Source: Macrostomum lignano (taxonomy: Eukaryota). Taken from it: a stretch of DNA of 58,565 bases. A program made the position numbers and the translations under genes. The stretch spans positions 1 through 58,565 of the forward strand of contig NIVC01002220.1 of NCBI GenBank assembly GCA_002269645.1, in the 5' to 3' direction. The notes under the pieces were generated by a model, which ran no database searches, was not told the DNA's origin, and worked only from the letters and a program-made list of their open reading frames with translations. Shown here piece after piece: positions 50,790 through 58,565 of this stretch (positions within the stretch are counted from its first letter, which is position 1; the number at the start of each line of letters is the position of its first letter).

Positions 50790-51600
50790 CTGGATGTGTC
50801 ACTCTGTGTCACTTTGTCTCCTTTTGGTGCGTCACTCCATGCGTCACTCTATGCGTCACTCTATGCGTCACTCTATTCGTCACTCTATGCGTCACTCTAT
50901 GCGTCACTCTATGTGTCACTCTATGCGTCACTCTATGCGTCATTCTATGCGTCACTCTATGCGTCATTCTATGCGTCACTCTATGCGTCACTCTATGCGT
51001 CACTCTATTCGTCACTCTATGCGTCACTCTATGCGTCACTCTATGTGTCACTCTATGCGTCACTCTATGCGTCATTCTATGCGTCACTCTATGCGTCATT
51101 CTATGCGTCACTCTATGCGTCACTCCATGCGTCACTCTACGCGTCACTCCATGCGTCACTCTATGCGTCACTCTATGCGTCACTCTATTCGTCACTCTAT
51201 GCGTCACTCTATGCGTCACTCTATGCGTCACTGTATGCGTCACTCTATGCGTCACTCTATGCGTCACTCTATGCGTCACTGTATGCGTCACTCTATGCGT
51301 CACTCTATGCGTCACTCTATGCGTCACTCGATCTATGCGTCACTCTATGCGTCACTCTATGCGTCACTCGATCTATGCGTCACTCGATCTATGCGTCACT
51401 CTATGCGTCACTCTATGCGTCACTCGATCTATGCGTCACTCTATGCGTCACTCTATGCGTCACTCGATCTATGCGTCACTCTATGCGTCACTCTATGCGT
51501 CACTCGATCTATGCGTCACTCGATCTATGCGTCACTCGATCTATGCGTCACTTTATGCGTCACTCTGTATAACAGTCTGGATGTCACACTGCGCGTCAAT
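50790..51600. repeat. 12-bp minisatellite (GCGTCACTCTAT)n
   Basis: Direct reading. The SMRH/YASL/CVTL ORFs are artefacts. Confidence 0.96.
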
Positions 51601-52584
51601 TTGTGTCACTCCGGCTGTCACTCTCCCTGCTATTTAAGTCTCTTCTCGCTCAGACTCAGTCCGATTCTGATAAAATCAATAATTCTCCGAAGTGGAACTG
51701 ACCCTCGCGCCAGCCCAGTCTCCCTAGTTCCCCATCAGCTGCCTGCCCCCCTTTCCTGTCCCGCCGCTATCGCGACTTTCGCAAATCGATGACTTGAGAA
51801 AAAAACTAAAGCTGAAAAGTCGCTAACGAAAAACGATCCCTTTGATTTTTTATTTTTAGCATTTTTTTGCCGATCGCCGACACAGCCTGCCTAGGGATGG
51901 GAGAGATGCTTCGATGCATTCTATTCGGCTCATAGGTACAGAGAAGTCATGCGGCAGCGGCTCTATATTTAGATTCCTCCTTGTCTTCGATTGTGGAGCC
52001 ATTCGAGCAAAAAAAGAGAGGCATGCAGCATACTCAGTTTTATTATTGAATTTGCCCCCGACTTCACTTGGGGTGCGCATCTAATTAATTCCACAAGAGC
52101 AATGGATAGATAGATCCCCACTTGACTTGTCTTCACTTCTGATCCCCTTCTCCAGCCGAACCGCCCACGCAAAATTATCGGCACCTTCTCCTCTTCCTTG
52201 TCTCCCCTCCCCACTCCCACAAGCAAGCTTTTCTCGCCTGCTTAGCAACTGCGACCGGCGACTTGCATGCAGCCTCTATAAGCCAATTATCACCGGCCGT
52301 TGGCTGGATGCTATTTTAAGCTCAGAAGCGTCTCAGAAGCTGGGCGGTTGCTATGCGGAATCAAAGTTATCGACGATCGGTTGAGTTAGGGAGCGCACTT
52401 GATGATAGAGTGGGAGTTGTAGATGGGAGTGGAGCAGTCACTCGGAAATAAATACTATATAGATATCTCCGTTTTTTGAGAATTGATTGGAGACCTGAAA
52501 CTGCGTTATGATTTATGTCCTGTGGCAGACTGAAGTTATCGGGTTTGGTCCGAGACTCACTGGCTCCGGTGTCCCGTCTCTGGT

Positions 52585-53290
52585 GCCTCCTCTCCCTCCC
52601 CTCCCTTCCTCTCCCTTCCTCTCTCTTCCTCTCCCTTCCTCTCCCTTCCCATCCCTTCCTCTCCCTTCCTCTCCCTTCCTCTCCCTTCCTATCCCTTCCT
52701 ATCCCTTCCTCTCCCTTCCTTTCCCTTCCTCTCCCTTCCCCTCCCTTCCTATCCCTTCCTCTCCCTTACCCTCCCTTCCTCTCCCTTCCTCTCCCTTCCC
52801 ATCCTTCCTCTCCCTTCGTCTCCCTTTCTCTCCCTACATCTCCCTTCATCTCCATTCGTCTCCCTTCGTCTCCCCTCGTCTCCCATTCTCTCTCCCTTCC
52901 TCTCCCTTCCTCTCCCTTCCTCTCCCTTCCTCTCCCTTCCTCTCCCTTCCACTCCCTTCCTCTCCCTTCCTCTCTCTTCTCTCCCTTTCTCTCCCTTTCT
53001 CTCCCTTTCTCTCCCTTCGTATCCCTTCGTCTCCTCTTCTCTCCCCAAACCTCCCTTCATTTCCCTTCCTCTCCCTTCCTCTCCATTCGTCTCCCTTCAT
53101 CTCCCTTCGTCTCCTATTTTCTCTCCCTACATCTCCCTTCATTTCCCTTCCTCTTCCTTCCTCTCCCTTCCTCTCCCTTCCTCTCCCGTCCTCTCCCTAT
53201 ATCTCCCTTCCTTTTCCTCTGTCTCTCCCTAACTTTGCCTCCCTACTCTACCCTCTAGCCTCTCCTACTCTACCCTCTTTACCCTCTCTC
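52585..53290. repeat. CT-rich 10-bp repeat (CTCCCTTCCT)n
   Basis: Direct reading; it degenerates towards the right. Confidence 0.93.
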
Positions 53291-53867
53291 TTCTCAACAG
53301 GAAAAAGATATAAGTTTTCAAACCCTCTACGCAATCCTTGATTATACAATCACATTTATCGATGGCAATGTTTAAGAACAAACCAAATTCTTAAAGTCAG
53401 TACTTCATAGAGTAAATTTATATATTCAACATATTCTATGTTGAAGGAAAATATTGCACATTTAGCAACAACTGGACACACCAACACACACCGTTTGACG
53501 TGTATGCATGCATCTGGGCGGCCCCTTATATTGCAGTAATAGTTCAGTAAAATGCTTTTAGCAGTGCTTAACAGGATATATCCGATAAAAGTTATAATAA
53601 TAAAATTGCTTTTTCAAAAATCAATCACAAACAGTTAAACAAAACACGAGAAAATCCAGGGGCCTATGATGCATTGAACGCGAAAAAAATATATAGAGAT
53701 ATTATGAGACTATATTTAAATCGAAAATATAAATACGGGCGAAATACAACTTCACAGGCGAAATGAGTTTTCATAATCGGATGAGATCTGCTAAAAATAT
53801 GGAAACACGTTGCGCTCATGCGACTTCACGTGCGACTTCAGCTGTTTATAGTCCGCGATGAGGATGG

Positions 53868-54555
53868 AGTGAGATCAGAGTGAGATCAGAGAGTGAGATC
53901 ACAGTGAGATCAGAGAGTGAGATCACAGTGAGATCAGAGAGTGAGATCAGAGTGAGATCAGGGTGAGATCAGAGAGTGAGATCAGAGTGAGATCAGAGAG
54001 TGAGATCACAGTGAGATCAGAGAGTGAGATCACAGTGAGATCAGAGAGTGAGATCACAGTGAGATCAGAGAGTGAGATCACAGTGAGATCAGAGTGAGAT
54101 CAGAGTGAGATCAGAGGGTGAGAATCACAGTGAGATCAGAGAGTGAGATTAGAGTGAGATCAGAGTGAGATCAGAGTGAGATCAGAGTGAGATCAGAGTG
54201 AGATCACAGTGAGATCACAGTGAGATCACAGTGAGATCACAGTGAGATCAGAGGGTGAGATCACAGTGAGATCAGAGAGAGATCAGAGAGTGAGATTAGA
54301 ATGCGATCAGAGTGAGATCAGAGTGAGATCAGAGTGAGATCAGAGAGAGATCAGAGAGTGAGATCAGAGTGAGATCAGGGTGAGATCAGAGTGAGATCAG
54401 AGTGAGATCAGAGAGTGAGACAAGAGTGAGATCAGAGTGAGATTAGAATGCGATCAGAGTGAGATCAGAGTGGGATCAGAGAGTGAGACAAGAGTGAGAT
54501 CAGAGTGAGATCAGAGTGAGATCAGAGTGAGATCAGAGTGAGATCAGAGTGAGAC
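53868..54555. repeat. 11/13-bp minisatellite (GAGATCAGAGT / GAGATCAGAGAGT)n
   Basis: Direct reading. It shares the GAGTGAGATC core with the array at 49690. Confidence 0.95.
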
Positions 54556-55440
54556 CAGAGTTCGGGGTTACCCACCATCTACGGAAGCAGCAATTTAACC
54601 CAAAGCCAAAAGAATCAAAGAGGTGCACGCTGACACGGAAAAGTCAAATACAAAAATGTACGTTGAGAACGCGTGGCCGGAGATGTGAATGCAAGGAGAT
54701 TTTATTCTGTGGAGTCGCTCGACAGAGAAGAAAGTTCAGGATTGCACTGGAGGGGACGAATTTTAAATTAAAATACATCAACAGAACAGAAAAAGTTTTC
54801 GCTGGGGTCTTGCTAAAAACCAAATTCAATGCAAAATGGTTCAGATGGATGGTTGGAAAAAACTGAAATGGCAGTGGACATTGGACTTTGACGCAGACAA
54901 AGGTTACATCTTCTTTTGTTTTCCACTTCCGGCTTTGTTTCAAAGAAATAATGCTTCTCAGCTTTTGTTTTAACTAAAGACAACTCCGCTCCGTTTAAAT
55001 AATTCTTAGAAATAGAAGCCAGTTTCCATTTTTGTTTCTAAGAAACAAAGCATCACCGTTTCCGGCTTTGTTTCCTAGAAATAAAATCTTTTTTTCAAAT
55101 ATAAACTTCTTAAAAGTAAGTAGTTCATTTGCAGTTGCAAGAAAACAAACCCGTTAATTCTAAGAATAATTAAAATCCCGCCTCTGTGTTTCCAATAAAC
55201 ATCATTAGAATTCATAATGTTTTCGTCTTCTTTTCTAAGAAATAAACTAGATTAAGTTTTCGTTTCAAAGAAACAGCCAATTACATTTTTCTAAGAAACA
55301 TACCCGTTTTCATTACCCAGGAAACAACCTCATTAAATTTCTATGAAAAATGTCCGTTTCCGTTTCCAAGAAATCCAGCTATAAAGAACCCGCGACCGCG
55401 CTCAACCAACAGCAGTCTTACTAACCATATTGTTCTTTTA

Positions 55441-57099
<1,659 letters not shown>

Positions 57100-57354
57100 G
57101 CTTGCTGTCAATCAAAACCTTAGTATTTGGTAGTGATCTTTGTTCACTTTTCAAACTTGAAGCGAGGCCGTGGAGATTCGAGGACGGCTAATATACAAGT
57201 AAAACGCGAGTTAGGAGTCGGGTTGCTACGGTTCGATCTGGAGTTCTGAGATTGGCTGGGCTAAAAATAGTTGCTAGCCTGCAGATTGGCGGACAGACGG
57301 CCGTCATGCGAGGTGCGAAATCGGTCGCGAGTTGGAGGGATCCGTGAGCCAGAT

Positions 57355-58155
57355 TGATGAAGAGGATGCTGACCCTCCGATGAGGAGGATGCTGACCCAG
57401 GACTCTAATGAAGAGGATGCTGACCCAGGACTCTGATGAGGAGGATGCTGACCCAGGACTACAATGAAGAGGATGCTGACCAAGACTCTGATGAAGAGGA
57501 TGCTGACCCAAGACTCTGATGAGGAGGATGCTGACCCAGGACTACAATGAAGAGGATGATGAACCAGCACTCTGATGAAGGGGATACTGACCCAAGACTC
57601 TGATGAGGAGGATGCTGACCCAGGACTCTGATGAGGAGGTTGCTGACCCAGGACTCTGATGAGGAGGATGCTGACCCAAGACTCTGATGAGGAGGATGCT
57701 GACCCAGGACTACAATGAAGAGGATGCTGACCCAAGACTCTGATGAGGAGGATGCTGACCCAAGACTACAATGAAGAGGATGCTGACCCAGGACTCTGAT
57801 GAGGAGGATGCTGACCCAGGACTACAATGAAGAGGATGCTGACCCAAGACTACAATGAAGAGGATGCTGACCCAGGACTCTGATGAGGAGGATGCTGACC
57901 CAGGACTACAATGAAGAGGATGCTGACCCAGGACTCTGATGAGGAGGATGCTGACCCAAGACTACAATGAAGAGGATGCTGACCCAAGACTACAATGAAG
58001 AGGATGCTGACCCAAGACTCTGATGAGGAGGATGCTGACCCAGGACTACAATGAAGAGGATGCTGACCCAGGACTACAATGAGGAGGATGCTGACCCAGG
58101 ACTACAATGAAGAGGATGTTGAACCAGCACTCTGATGAAGGGGATACTGACCCAA
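57355..58155. repeat. 28-bp minisatellite GA(G/A)GAGGATGCTGACCCA(G/A)GACT(CTG/ACA)AT
   Basis: Direct reading; there are several binary variant positions. Confidence 0.94.
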
Positions 58156-58565
58156 AAAACGCACAGTGAACGCAGGAAGCACTAGTCTGCACCAATGACC
58201 CGACCCCTCAAACAGGTACACATGAAGGTGCACTGATTATTTTATCAAGAGCCAAAATTCGGCATAAAATCTAAATAAATTTCGTATCGAATTTCTATTC
58301 TGAAGACTGACCAACACAGCATAACAGATTGAGTTGACCACAGCGAAATCGCCTTCCTGTTAAAAAAACTCTAAATCAAAGCAGGATAGTGGGGTATCAG
58401 AGCATCATCCCTTACAGCTCACAGACTTGTAAAAGCTAAGTTCGACAGAATCGCTATATCACTGCAAAAAATAAAGGTTTATAAAGGAATCTTCGAAACG
58501 AGGTTCTCGTTCTTTTAGGACAGAGTGGAAGATATTCTCACAGCGAGATCTGTTAATCTGAGAAA

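Noticed and set aside
49153-53341. ORFs over the 16-, 13-, 12- and 10-bp arrays
   Set aside because: They are periodic translations of stop-free repeat frames.
58391-58405. GGTATCAGAGC resembling an LTR tRNA-Met primer-binding site
   Set aside because: It is not the exact TGGTATCAGAGC, and no LTR or gag/pol sequence is visible nearby.

Overview
Eukaryotic (metazoan) DNA: spliceosomal GT-AG introns, standard genetic code, and a very high minisatellite load. The style resembles the flatworm Macrostomum, but that is inference only. The first 18 kb is a near-homogeneous 45-bp satellite (about 400 copies), and every ORF reported there is a repeat artefact. The remaining 40 kb holds four supportable multi-exon genes: synaptogyrin (+), an unrecognised signal-peptide single-pass membrane protein (-), SURF4/Erv29 (-) and a secreted, possibly ependymin-related protein (-). 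It also contains a dead RTE-clade LINE fragment, about 20 micro/minisatellite arrays (many filling introns almost completely), and a cluster of non-autonomous DNA transposons in synaptogyrin intron 1, three of them nested. The most unusual object is a 297-bp hAT-type MITE (perfect 14-bp TIRs, 8-bp TSD). It carries a 64-bp copy of the 28S rRNA segment targeted by R2, Pokey and I-PpoI, with the cleavage core replaced by a palindrome. No CRISPR array, tRNA or intact rRNA gene is seen.
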